64,000 bases of DNA from Clostridia bacterium (GTDB lineage: Bacteria; Bacillota; Clostridia; Oscillospirales; CAG-272), in NCBI GenBank assembly GCA_017621475.1, contig JAGATA010000002.1, positions 14,625 to 78,624 on the forward strand, in the 5' to 3' direction. A model generated the notes under the pieces. It had not been told where the DNA came from, did not search any database, and worked only from the letters and a program-made list of their open reading frames with translations. This document shows, piece after piece, positions 45,814-54,828 of this stretch. The translations under genes and the position numbers were made by a program. How positions within the stretch are numbered: the first letter of the stretch is position 1; every line of letters starts with the position of its first letter.

Positions 45814-46536
45814 TTATCTGCGTCCCGTAAAGAAGAATTTAACGGAATCGTATTCATCATAGCAATTAAGCTCTTTTGTTATTGTTTTTCCGGGCTTTAT
45901 TTCAAAATCATCATCCGTAAAATATTCGCTTGAATATCCTACGATCTTATCGCCGTTAAAGAAAAGCACTTCACATTCCGAAAATTCAACAGCTTCGCTC
46001 CCGTTGTTTTTCACGCTTACGATTTCTTTATCCTTTGCCTTTACGGATTCATAAGAAAGGGCGCTTACCGCAGACTCGTACCATTTGTCTTCGTCTGCTG
46101 AAATTTCATATTCCATTTTTGCAAAGTCTTCATCAGGCATAAAGCAGAGCAAAACCTCCTGCCCTTTCCCCACTGTTGTTTCACCGGCGGATTTTGCACC
46201 GACAAGCGCGCCGGTTTCATCATAAAATTTTGCATCTGCGGAAATATTGATAGTAAAATCGGAATTGTTTCTCACAGCGATAAAAGCGTAATTCCAAAAT
46301 TCGTTTTTATATGTATATTCCGTGACCTCAAGAGAGGAAATAACCTTTTCTTCATCGAATTTTTCTCTTATTACTATGTTGTGTGTCGAGCCGTCTATTA
46401 CTATCCCTTCGGGAGGAGATAGCGTAATATCCTGTGTTTTTCCGCTTTCTAGTGTAACCTGTTCCTCAGAATAAAAGCACGCAGTAAACGCAAACACCGC
46501 GTAGACAGCAAGAATTAACGCCGCTATTTTTTTCAT
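45814..46536 (-). CDS. Lipoprotein of unknown function
   Basis: Lipobox AFTAC|F. 240 aa, beta-rich. I recognise no motif. Confidence 0.6.
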   Translation of the reverse strand: MKKIAALILAVYAVFAFTACFYSEEQVTLESGKTQDITLSPPEGIVIDGSTHNIVIREKFDEEKVISSLEVTEYTYKNEFWNYAFIAVRNNSDFTINISADAKFYDETGALVGAKSAGETTVGKGQEVLLCFMPDEDFAKMEYEISADEDKWYESAVSALSYESVKAKDKEIVSVKNNGSEAVEFSECEVLFFNGDKIVGYSSEYFTDDDFEIKPGKTITKELNCYDEYDSVKFFFTGRR

Positions 46537-46567
46537 TTTCCTTTTCTCCTTTTCTTTTGTTGCGCAT

Positions 46568-46615
46568 ATTCAATATATTGAATATATCACCTATATTATA
46601 CTCAATATATTAAGT
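46568..46615. promoter_or_regulatory. Two operator-like palindromes upstream of the small HTH gene
   Basis: ATTCAATATATTGAAT (perfect 16-bp palindrome, 46568-46583) and ACTCAATATATTAAGT (46600-46615), with centres 32 bp apart. Confidence 0.5.
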
Positions 46616-46668
46616 ATTGTCAAGAGATTAAGTATGTTAAAATAAAAAAAGATAAATAACATCGGAGA

Positions 46669-46881
46669 ATGATGAATTTGATAAGCTACAAGCCTTTTTA
46701 CAAGACTCTGCTAAACAAGAATATCACGGAATATAACCTCATATTCAAACAAGGCATCTCTGCAAACACACTCCACCGCATCAAGCACGGGCAAGCTATC
46801 ACCACAAAAACGCTGGATGAGCTTTGTTTTATCCTCGATTGCGACATTTGCGATATTATCGAATATAAAAGAGAAGAATAA
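46669..46881 (+). CDS. Small XRE/YozG-like HTH DNA-binding protein
   Basis: About 67-70 aa. NITEYNLIFKQGISANTLHRIKHGQAITTKTLDELCFILDCDICDIIEY is typical of the HTH_26 type. The exact start is uncertain (ATG 46669/46672 or TTG 46678). Confidence 0.8.
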   Translation: MMNLISYKPFYKTLLNKNITEYNLIFKQGISANTLHRIKHGQAITTKTLDELCFILDCDICDIIEYKREE

Positions 46882-46911
46882 AAAATCTCGCCATACATGG
46901 CGAGATTTTTT
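46880..46911. terminator. Bidirectional intrinsic terminator (twin of 45773-45803)
   Basis: AAAAAATCTCGCC-ATACAT-GGCGAGATTTTTT. Confidence 0.85.
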
Positions 46912-46922
46912 ATTGCATACAT

Positions 46923-48037
46923 TTAATTTCCTATTCCAACGTATCCTGTTTCTTCAATAATGTACTGCCCTTCCTCGGAAAGCATCCATTTCAACAGCTT
47001 ATCCACGTTTTCGTTCGTATTTCCCGCATATGTAACAGCATGCACAGGCGCGATTATAGGGTATTTATTGTTTTTTACATTTTCCACTGTAGGTGCAACA
47101 CCGTCAACAGCGATCATTTTTATATCGGGATTTTTTATAATACCCTCAACATAAAATCTGAAAGAAAATCCGATAGAACCCGATTTGCTCTTATAATCTG
47201 CTACTTGTTCAATTATGCTTCCCATACCTCTTATTTCCTTTATTTCGGGATCCATTATAGCAACATCACCCATAAAGCGCAGCATCATACTTTGACTTCC
47301 ACTTCCCTCGTTTCGCTGAAACGCCTCTATTTCTTCATCTTTTCCCCCAACCTCTTTCCAGTTGGTTATCTCACCCGAATAGATGCGCCTTATTTGCTCT
47401 GCTGTAAGAGAATCTATTGGATTGTCCTTATGTACAAAGAAAACAAATGCCTCGTAGCCTATCTGTGTATATTCAAATGTAGTTCCGCATTCCTCTGCGT
47501 ATTTTATTTGCTCCTTCGATGGCTGAGCTCCGATAAAAATATCCGTCTTTTTTTCCGCAAGTTTTTCGTAACCGCCAACGGTGTTATTGTATTCAAATAC
47601 ACCGTCATAAAGCCTTGTTGTATTGGGATAGACCGCGTTTACAAAAGCGGAATAAACGGGAAAAGCAGCTGTAGCTCCATCTATTATGGGTAGCCCGTCA
47701 GCTTCAGGGTCTTGCTGTCGTATTTGACTATATTGGAATCTTCCTCAAAAGGCAGCCATTCCGACGTATTTATATTCGGAGTAACGTCTATCGTTATACT
47801 TTTTTCGTATTCGTCTGTAATGCGGTCCACAGTATAGACCGAGCCTATAACCAAAAACAACGCACAATAAGCTATTAAATATATCCTATGTATTTTTTTA
47901 TTTTTGAGCCATATCAAAGGGATTATCGCGGGTATCAAAATCAAAGCAAAAGCATAAAATCCTCCGCCAAATGCCAGCAAAAGCAAAGACAAACTTCCCA
48001 CCATAGGGAGCGCCGTCACTATCAGCACAGTCAGCAC
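46923..48037 (-). pseudogene. Membrane-anchored PstS-like (PBP_like_2) substrate-binding protein, interrupted by a 1-nt frameshift near 47684-47690
   Basis: The N-terminal part (48037-47687, 2-3 TM spans) ends ...KLTGYP then TAA. Frame -1 continues open from 47687 as IIDGATAAFPVYSAF...LTAEQIRRIYSGEITNWKEVGG...QRNEGSGSQSMML through to 46923. One missing base in the TACCCATAA run restores a single ORF of about 371 aa. Confidence 0.7.
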
Positions 48038-48123
48038 TATCTTTACAATCAGCTTTATCTTTTATTCACGTGTTTCCATAACACAATCTCTCCTATTTCG
48101 TTGTACTGTATTCATTTTAACAC

Positions 48124-48156
48124 AAAAACCGCAAAGATGCAACATCTTTGCGGTTT
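48124..48156 (-). terminator. Intrinsic terminator after clpX
   Basis: AAAAACCGCAAAGATG-CAA-CATCTTTGCGGTTTT. Confidence 0.8.
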
Positions 48157-48165
48157 TCATATTGC

Positions 48166-49410
48166 TCAATACATTTCGGGTTCTGCTTTTTCGGTTACGA
48201 CCTTTTCGGTTATGACCACCTTCGCGATGCCCTTTTCGTCGCGGAGCGTAGGGGATTCATACATAATCGGCTGCATGATCTCCTCCATTATCGCGCGAAG
48301 ACCGCGCGCGCCCGTGCTACGCTCTTTTGCAAGTTCAGCTATCTTTTTAACAGCTTCATCCGTGAACTCTATTTCAAGTCCGTCTAGCGCGAAAAGCTTC
48401 TTATACTGCTTAACTATAGCGTTTTTCGGTTTTGTGAGTATGCTTGCAAGCGCGTCCGTATCAAGCGGGTCAAGGCTTACGATAACGGGAATTCTGCCCA
48501 CAAGCTCGGGAATAAGGCCGAACTTAACAATATCGTGCGCCGTCGCATCCTTGAAAGCGGATATGCTCGTCTTTTCGGCTTTGCCCTTGACTTCGCTGCC
48601 GAATCCAATTCCCTGTTTGCCTCTTCTCTTTTCGATTATCTGCTCAAGTCCGTCGAACGCACCGCCGCAGATAAAGAGAATATTTTCCGTATTGATTTGG
48701 ATAAATTCCTGTCCGGGATGCTTGCGTCCGCCCTGCGGAGGCACGTTTGCAACCGTACCCTCGAGGATCTTAAGCAGTGCCTGCTGTACACCCTCACCGG
48801 AAACGTCGCGGGTTATGGAACGGTTTTCGCTCTTGCGTGAGATTTTGTCAAGCTCATCGATATAAATGATGCCGCGTTCTGCAAGCTCCACGTCAAAATC
48901 CGCCGCCTGAAGAAGTCGAAGAAGAATGTTTTCAACGTCCTCGCCAACGTAGCCCGCCTCCGTAAGAGTCGTGGCATCGGCTATAGCAAACGGCACTTTC
49001 AGCGTTTTTGCAAGTGTCTGCGCCAAGAAAGTCTTGCCCACGCCCGTAGGTCCGAGCAAAAGGACGTTGCTTTTCTGTATCTCAACACCGTCATCTTCGT
49101 TTTTCTTCTGTGAAATACGCTTATAGTGATTATATACGGCAACGGCAAGAGCTATTTTTGCGCTGTCCTGACCTATAACGTAATCGTCGAGTATGGTTTT
49201 AATATCTTTCGGTTTGGGAAGCTCGGAAAGTTCGGGGATCTCCGCCTGCGGGCGGTTTTCTTCCTCAAGCTCTTCAAGTATTTCGCTGCAAGCCCAAACG
49301 CACTGGTTGCAGATGTAAAATCCCGTGGGAGAGGGGATGAGCACCTCCGCCTGGCGTTCGGTTCTGCCGCAAAAGCAACATCTGCGTTCCGTACTTCTGT
49401 TGTCTGCCAT
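48166..49410 (-). CDS. clpX: ATP-dependent Clp protease ATP-binding subunit ClpX
   Basis: N-terminal zinc-finger CCFCG...CNQC, Walker A GPTGVGKT, and IGFG loop GIGFGSE. Confidence 0.95.
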   Translation of the reverse strand: MADNRSTERRCCFCGRTERQAEVLIPSPTGFYICNQCVWACSEILEELEEENRPQAEIPELSELPKPKDIKTILDDYVIGQDSAKIALAVAVYNHYKRISQKKNEDDGVEIQKSNVLLLGPTGVGKTFLAQTLAKTLKVPFAIADATTLTEAGYVGEDVENILLRLLQAADFDVELAERGIIYIDELDKISRKSENRSITRDVSGEGVQQALLKILEGTVANVPPQGGRKHPGQEFIQINTENILFICGGAFDGLEQIIEKRRGKQGIGFGSEVKGKAEKTSISAFKDATAHDIVKFGLIPELVGRIPVIVSLDPLDTDALASILTKPKNAIVKQYKKLFALDGLEIEFTDEAVKKIAELAKERSTGARGLRAIMEEIMQPIMYESPTLRDEKGIAKVVITEKVVTEKAEPEMY

Positions 49411-49424
49411 TTCAATACCTCAAC

Positions 49425-50009
49425 TTATATTCTTTTTTCTATAACCTTGTCTATAAGTCCGTATTCTGCCGCTTCTGCCGCAGACATAAAGTTATCTCTT
49501 TCCGTGTCAAGTGCGATCTGTTCCACAGTCTTGCCTGTTTCGCGTGCGAGTATCTCGTTAAGCTTCTGGCGTGTGCGGAGTATGTGGTCTGCGTGGATTT
49601 TGATATCGCTCGCCTGACCCTGCATACCGCCCAAGGGCTGGTGGATCATAATTTCGCTGTTGGGAAGCGCCCAACGCTTGCCGGGTGTACCCGCTGCAAG
49701 AAGGAACGCGCCCATAGACGCCGCCATACCGATGCAGATAGTGCAAACGTCGCATTTGATGTAATTCATTGTGTCGAATATAGCAAAGCCCGCGGAAACA
49801 GAGCCGCCGGGGCTGTTGATATAAAGCATAATGTCCTTATCGGGATCCTGAGATTCAAGGAACAAAAGCTGTGCCACAACGAGGGATGCAGTAACATCAT
49901 TTACTTCATCCGTCAAAAAAATAATTCTGTCGTTAAGAAGGCGGGAGTATATGTCGTATGCGCGTTCTCCTCTGCCTGTCTGTTCAACGACTGTTGGTAC
50001 AAGTGCCAT
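49425..50009 (-). CDS. clpP: ATP-dependent Clp protease proteolytic subunit
   Basis: 194 aa. Has [11 protein letters not shown] (Ser) and MIHQPLGG (His). Confidence 0.95.
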   Translation of the reverse strand: MALVPTVVEQTGRGERAYDIYSRLLNDRIIFLTDEVNDVTASLVVAQLLFLESQDPDKDIMLYINSPGGSVSAGFAIFDTMNYIKCDVCTICIGMAASMGAFLLAAGTPGKRWALPNSEIMIHQPLGGMQGQASDIKIHADHILRTRQKLNEILARETGKTVEQIALDTERDNFMSAAEAAEYGLIDKVIEKRI

Positions 50010-50025
50010 AATTTATCTCCTTTCC

Positions 50026-50198
50026 GCTTTCTTGGAAGAAAGCTTGGCAAAGAACTTTCCTAAGCACACGGAAAAACTATGTGCAGAAAATCTTTTTCAT
50101 TTCGTAGGGGATCGTTTTTCTCCCTTTTTGACTCCGCGCCTTAATCATTGTATGTTCAGTGCAGAGTTCTTTGCCTACTTTCTTCGAAAGAAAGTAGG
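50026..50198. repeat. MITE-like intergenic element bounded by imperfect inverted repeats of about 35 bp
   Basis: Left arm GCTTTCTTGGAAGAAAGCTTGGCAAAGAACTTTCC (50026-50060). Right arm GCAGAGTTCTTTGCCTACTTTCTTCGAAAGAAAGTAGG (50161-50198) is its approximate reverse complement. The interior is related to 52842-52935. Confidence 0.6.
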
Positions 50199-50228
50199 GT
50201 CGAAAAAAGTCAATTACCCCATTTAATC

Positions 50229-50258
50229 AAATTCGCAGACGGTAAGGTCTGCGAATTT
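50229..50258 (-). terminator. Intrinsic terminator after tig
   Basis: AATTCGCAGAC-GGTAAG-GTCTGCGAATT, with a T-tract on the minus strand. Confidence 0.7.
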
Positions 50259-50272
50259 CTGATATTGTTAAA

Positions 50273-51565
50273 TTATTCAGCGTCTTTTACGGAAACAACT
50301 GCTGTATCGCGGATAAGCTGTGCAGCCTTACCAACAACGAGGTCGGCAGCGATAGCTGTTGTATCGATAGTTTCACGAACTTTTTCAACCTCGATGCCGT
50401 AAGCTTCTGCGATCTTGCCGTATTCAGCTTCGATCTCTTCTGCTGTAGCTTCAAAGTTTTCTGCCTTAGCAACCGCTTCAAGAGCAAGGCGTGTCTTAAC
50501 CTGCTTTTCAGCCTGGGGACGGAACTGAGCCTTCATAGCGTCAACTGTCTGACCTGTGTAACGCATAAATGTTTCGAGGTCGAGACCCTGGTAACGAAGT
50601 CTTGTTTCGTAGTCACGCATCATAGCGTCGAGTTCGTTTTCGAACATAGCTTCGGGAATGTCAGCTTCGAGAGTTTCAACGAGCTTGTCGATAAGCTGGC
50701 CGTCAACCTTAGCATCTTCTTCTTTATCAGCCTTTTCCTGGAGTTTTGCCTTAACATCAGCGCGATATTCATCAACTGTGTCAAATTCGGAAACGTCTTT
50801 TACAAATTCGTCATCGAGTTCGGGAAGTTCGCGAACCTTGATAGCGTGAACAACGCATTTGAATACTGCTTCCTTGTTTGCAAGCTCTGCTGCGTGGTAT
50901 TCAGCGGGGAATGTAACGTTTACATCGAATTTTTCACCGATAGCTTTGCCAACGATCTGTTCTTCGAAACCGGGGATGAAAGAACCGGAACCAACCTTGA
51001 GGTTGTAGTTTTCGGACTTACCGCCGTCGAAAGCAACGCCGTCAACGTAACCGTCGAAATCGAATGTGATCTCGTCGCCGTTTTCAACTGCTCTGTCTGT
51101 TACTTCTGTTTCGCGAGCGTTTCTTTCGCGAACGTTGTTGATCTCTGCGTCAACTGCTTCATCAGCGATAACTACTGCATCGCGTGTTGCTTCGATGCCC
51201 TTGTATTCGCCAACGCGAGCTTCGGGTTTTACAAAAACCTTTGCTGTGATAACAACACCGTTGTCATCGATTGTTTTAATGTCGATTTCGGGATGGCTTA
51301 CAACGTCGAGGCCGGACTCTGTAAGAGCTGCTTCATAAGCTTCGGGAAGAATATCGTTGATAGCATCTTCATAGAAGAAGCCCTTGCCATACATTTTTTC
51401 GATCATGCTCTTGGGAGCTTTGCCGCGTCTGAAACCGGGAACATTGAGTTTGGAAACATTTTTCTTATATACCTTGTCAACAGCTGCATCGAATGTAGCT
51501 TTGTCAACGGAAAACTCAATAACCTTCCGGTTCTTTTCCGCGTCTGTGATATTGATTAATTTCAT
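50273..51565 (-). CDS. tig: Trigger factor
   Basis: About 430 aa. Has GFRRGKAPKSMIEKMYG (ribosome-binding signature) and a central FKBP-like domain. Start set at the second ATG (51565), after GGAGG. Confidence 0.93.
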   Translation of the reverse strand: MKLINITDAEKNRKVIEFSVDKATFDAAVDKVYKKNVSKLNVPGFRRGKAPKSMIEKMYGKGFFYEDAINDILPEAYEAALTESGLDVVSHPEIDIKTIDDNGVVITAKVFVKPEARVGEYKGIEATRDAVVIADEAVDAEINNVRERNARETEVTDRAVENGDEITFDFDGYVDGVAFDGGKSENYNLKVGSGSFIPGFEEQIVGKAIGEKFDVNVTFPAEYHAAELANKEAVFKCVVHAIKVRELPELDDEFVKDVSEFDTVDEYRADVKAKLQEKADKEEDAKVDGQLIDKLVETLEADIPEAMFENELDAMMRDYETRLRYQGLDLETFMRYTGQTVDAMKAQFRPQAEKQVKTRLALEAVAKAENFEATAEEIEAEYGKIAEAYGIEVEKVRETIDTTAIAADLVVGKAAQLIRDTAVVSVKDAE

Positions 51566-51671
51566 TTTATCCTCCATTTAATGGTGAGAATTTATTTTTT
51601 CATAATTATTGAATATTATATCACTTTGATTTGTCAAAGTCAACTGTTTTTCTTGCACATATGTGCATTTT

Positions 51672-52415
51672 TCAAACATTTTTCGGTTCGATCTTGAACG
51701 GTCGGAACGCAAGATAGTCTGCCGCGATAAAATAAAAATTTATATCCGCATACTCTCTTTTAAGCGGAGCATCGTAACATCCGTGTATATGACCGAAGAA
51801 ACAGCGCTGTACCTCCTTGCGATAAAGCTCCATGATTATCTCGTCACACATATACCCTTTGAATATCGGTGGGAAATGGAGGAAAGCCAGAACTTCCCTG
51901 TCTTTTCCGTCCTCCTCCAAAAGCTTTTTGCGCAGTTTGTGCCCTGCATCGAGGCTCATTCCTATCCTTACGACCTCACGGGCTACGATCTTTTCGCTGT
52001 CCGCCCCGCGAAGCGGCTTGTTCTTATCATCGTTATACCATCCGCGAGAGCCGCATATGATAAAATCCTCGCAGGCGTATGCATTATTGTGCAGAAAACG
52101 GATCGTCTTGTATCCGTTTTGTTCTACAAAAGCATCGAGCTTCGCCATCGTCTGCCACCAATAATCGTGGTTGCCCTTCATAATTATCTTTTGCCCGGGG
52201 AGAGATTCGATAAAGTCAAAATCCGCTTTTGCTTCCTCCACGGTCATTCCCCAGGATATATCTCCCGCTATAACAACGGTATCTTCTTCTTTCACAACAG
52301 CTCTCCACTCAGCTTCCAAACGCTGTGTGTAATCCTTCCAGCGTGCGCCGAAAACGTCCATCGGCTTTTCGCAGGAGAGCGAAAGGTGCGTATCCGCAAT
52401 AACAAAAAGCGACAC
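51672..52415 (-). CDS. Metallophosphoesterase family protein
   Basis: MSLFVIADTHL, AGDISWG, GNHDYWW and FGHIHG motifs. Confidence 0.8.
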   Translation of the reverse strand: MSLFVIADTHLSLSCEKPMDVFGARWKDYTQRLEAEWRAVVKEEDTVVIAGDISWGMTVEEAKADFDFIESLPGQKIIMKGNHDYWWQTMAKLDAFVEQNGYKTIRFLHNNAYACEDFIICGSRGWYNDDKNKPLRGADSEKIVAREVVRIGMSLDAGHKLRKKLLEEDGKDREVLAFLHFPPIFKGYMCDEIIMELYRKEVQRCFFGHIHGCYDAPLKREYADINFYFIAADYLAFRPFKIEPKNV

Positions 52416-52524
52416 AGCCCACCTCCTTGATTTTTAAAAAATTTAACAAATAAGCTCGCTTATGAATAAATGCGCTTGCAACGTACAAAATATATATGAA
52501 CTCACAGAAAGGAGTTTTTTTGAA

Positions 52525-52713
52525 ATGATGAATAATAAAGACGAAAAGAACACCTGTAAATGCAACAACGGCGTTGTTTGCGACGTTTCCAACTGCGTTT
52601 ATCACGACGGTGAAAACACTTGCACAGCCGAAACCATCAACGTAGGCCCCAGCTATGCAACATCCTGCACAGACACAGTCTGCGCAACATTCAAGCAGAA
52701 AGCCACAGACTGA
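52525..52713 (+). CDS. DUF1540 domain small Cys-rich protein
   Basis: 62 aa. CKCNNGVVCDVSNCVYHDGENTCTAETINVG...CTDTVCATF. Start set to the ATG after AAAGGAG. Confidence 0.7.
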   Translation: MMNNKDEKNTCKCNNGVVCDVSNCVYHDGENTCTAETINVGPSYATSCTDTVCATFKQKATD

Positions 52714-52935
52714 CTTACTTTTTCTTTCGAGAAAAAGTAAGCAAAAAGAACTTTGCTAAAAAAGCTATTCTCGCCTTCCCCTTTGGGGAAGGGGGACCGC
52801 TTGCGGTGGATGAGGTTCATTTTGTGCGGACTTTAATCTTTGGCAAAGAGAACTTTGCTAAAAAGCACAGGTTCATTCCGTGTAGCGAACGTAGGGGAGG
52901 GGCTTGCTCCTCCCGCGATCGTTTCATTTTTTAAC
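52714..52935. repeat. Composite intergenic repeat region (hairpin plus GCAAAG-N-CTTTGC boxes, two related units)
   Basis: Components: CTTACTTTTTCTTTCGAGAAAAAGTAAG hairpin; GCAAAAAGAACTTTGCTAAAAAAGC (52741) and GCAAAGAGAACTTTGCTAAAAAGC (52843); AGGTTCATTTTGTGCGGAC and AGGTTCATTCCGTGTAGCGAAC; GC-rich hairpins CCTTCCCCTTTGGGGAAGG and GGGAGGGGCTTGCTCCTCCC. Confidence 0.65.
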
Positions 52936-52938
52936 AAA

Positions 52939-53322
52939 TTACGCCGTAACGGCGTTTTTTATATGCCTTATTCCCCTTTCGGAAATAAGCTCTCCGCGCT
53001 CGTCGAGGTAAACCTCTATCACGTCGATGCGCGGTTTCTTTTTAGGTTTATTTTTGTAAATATACTCTTTGGCACAATCGAGTATGCGCTGTTTTTTGCG
53101 CGTATCAACAGCATCACGCGCACTTCCGAAGCGCGTGGCGTGCCCCGCATCGGTGCGTGTCTTCACTTCCACGAAAAGGATATATTTTTCATCCTCGCAT
53201 ATAATATCGGTTTCAAGATGCCCTGCGCGGTAGTTGCGGCAAAGTATCTTAAAACCGAGATTTTGAAGGTATTCTGCGGCAATATCCTCTCCCACCGTTC
53301 CAAGCTTCTTTTTTTCGCTCAT
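52939..53322 (-). CDS. yraN: YraN family endonuclease-like protein (UPF0102)
   Basis: [49 protein letters not shown]. Confidence 0.85.
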   Translation of the reverse strand: MSEKKKLGTVGEDIAAEYLQNLGFKILCRNYRAGHLETDIICEDEKYILFVEVKTRTDAGHATRFGSARDAVDTRKKQRILDCAKEYIYKNKPKKKPRIDVIEVYLDERGELISERGIRHIKNAVTA

Positions 53323-53918
53323 TTGTTCAAAAAAGAAAGGAAGCTTCTTCTATGTTCGGGGCAAGGGCCTATCTCGCGCACCTTATTCATATGATCCTTC
53401 GTGGGATAAGCCTTGTGCTTTCCAAAGCCGTATTCGGGATAAGCCTTGTCCATCTCAATGCATTGTCTGTCCCTCGTTACCTTCGCAAGTATGGATGCCG
53501 CCGCGATGGAAGGGCTTTTTGCATCTCCCTTTACAACGGTCTGTGTGGGAATATCAAAGCCGCGCGCGCAGTTGCCGTCTATAAGCGCAAAGTCTGCGAG
53601 TACGGAAAGTCCCTCTACCGCGCGCTTCATCGCAAGCATCGTAGCGCCCAGGATGTTGAGCTCGTCTATCTCCGCAGGCGTTGCCCAAGCAACGGAGTAA
53701 GAGAGCGCTTCCTTTGTTATAACTTCATAGAGCTCTTCTCTTTTCTTCTCGGAAAGCTTTTTGGAGTCGTTAAGCCCATCTATCACAAGCCCTTGCGGAA
53801 GTATTACTGCGGCAGCGACGACGTTCCCAGCAAGAGGGCCTCTGCCCGCTTCATCCACGCCGCAAATATTTTTATATCCCGCCTTGAAAGCCTCATTCTC
53901 TATTGTATATTCAAGCAT
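53319..53918 (-). CDS. rnhB: Ribonuclease HII
   Basis: [27 protein letters not shown] and the ASILAK motif. Confidence 0.93.
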   Translation of the reverse strand: MLEYTIENEAFKAGYKNICGVDEAGRGPLAGNVVAAAVILPQGLVIDGLNDSKKLSEKKREELYEVITKEALSYSVAWATPAEIDELNILGATMLAMKRAVEGLSVLADFALIDGNCARGFDIPTQTVVKGDAKSPSIAAASILAKVTRDRQCIEMDKAYPEYGFGKHKAYPTKDHMNKVREIGPCPEHRRSFLSFLNK

Positions 53919-54801
53919 TTTCTTTTTCTCCGTTTTCAGGCGGAAGATCTATGGTCATTCTGCCTATCTTTCCGCTTCTGAATTCTTCAAGCAGCATTTT
54001 CGCCGTGCGTTCAAGGTCTATCTCCCCGCCTGAAACAAGGAAGCCGCGCGCTTTTCCTATGCGCTCCAGCACGTCAAAATCCGAAAGGTCTTCGGCAAGA
54101 GCTTCTTCTTTGAGCTTGTATCGTGCCATAGTTTTATCCGGGTAAAGCGCACGCAGACGGTTTACAAGTATGGATGCAAGCGTTTCTATATCGAGTATAT
54201 CGTCTTTTATAGCTCCCGTAACGGCGAGGTTTTCGCCCGTTTTCGGGTCTTCAAACTTCGGCCAAAGCACACCGGGCGTGTCGAGCAGGTCAAAGCCTGC
54301 GTTCGTGGGTATCCACTGTTGCTTGCGCGTAACGCCGGGGCGGTTTTCCACTTTCGCGCTCTTAGTACCCGAAAGTTTATTGATAATTGAGCTTTTTCCC
54401 ACGTTGGGAATACCCACGATCATAGCGCGAAGCTTTCTGCCCTCCATCCCTTTTTCGCGGTAGCGCTCGATCTTTTCGGAAAGAAGCTCGCGTGCGGCGG
54501 GCGTTATCTCGTTCATTCCTTCCCCTGTGATACAGTCATAGAAGATGCACTTTTTGCCGTTCGCGGCAAAATATGCTTTCCAAGCCTTTGTCATCTTCTG
54601 GTCTGCAAGGCTTGCTCTGCTGCAAAGAATAAGTCTCGGTTTATCGCCGCAGATGCGCGCTATCTCCGGGTTTTGGGAGGAAAGCGGTATGCGTGCGTCC
54701 AAAAGTTCTATAACAAAATCTACGTTTTTAAGGTTTTCGCCTATCTCTCGGCGTGTTCTCGCCATATGACCGGGAAACCATTGTATGATCTCTGACGGCA
54801 T
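53911..54801 (-). CDS. rbgA: Ribosome biogenesis GTPase A (YlqF/RbgA)
   Basis: [15 protein letters not shown], circularly permuted GTPase motifs and GIPNVGKSS. Confidence 0.92.
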   Translation of the reverse strand: MPSEIIQWFPGHMARTRREIGENLKNVDFVIELLDARIPLSSQNPEIARICGDKPRLILCSRASLADQKMTKAWKAYFAANGKKCIFYDCITGEGMNEITPAARELLSEKIERYREKGMEGRKLRAMIVGIPNVGKSSIINKLSGTKSAKVENRPGVTRKQQWIPTNAGFDLLDTPGVLWPKFEDPKTGENLAVTGAIKDDILDIETLASILVNRLRALYPDKTMARYKLKEEALAEDLSDFDVLERIGKARGFLVSGGEIDLERTAKMLLEEFRSGKIGRMTIDLPPENGEKENA

Positions 54802-54828
54802 AAGTTCACGTCCTTTCTAAAATCGTTA

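Noticed and set aside
51654-51667. A perfect 14-bp palindrome TGCACATATGTGCA lies just downstream of the metallophosphoesterase gene and upstream of tig.
   Set aside because: It is a single occurrence with essentially no loop. It could be a weak terminator stem or an operator, but nothing else supports either reading.
52620-52934. A 104-aa ORF (...FPFGEGGPLAVDEV...SERRGGACSSRDR...) lies between the DUF1540 gene and yraN.
   Set aside because: It lies entirely within hairpin and palindrome repeats. It has no RBS, and the peptide simply reads through GC-rich stems. It is treated as repeat DNA.
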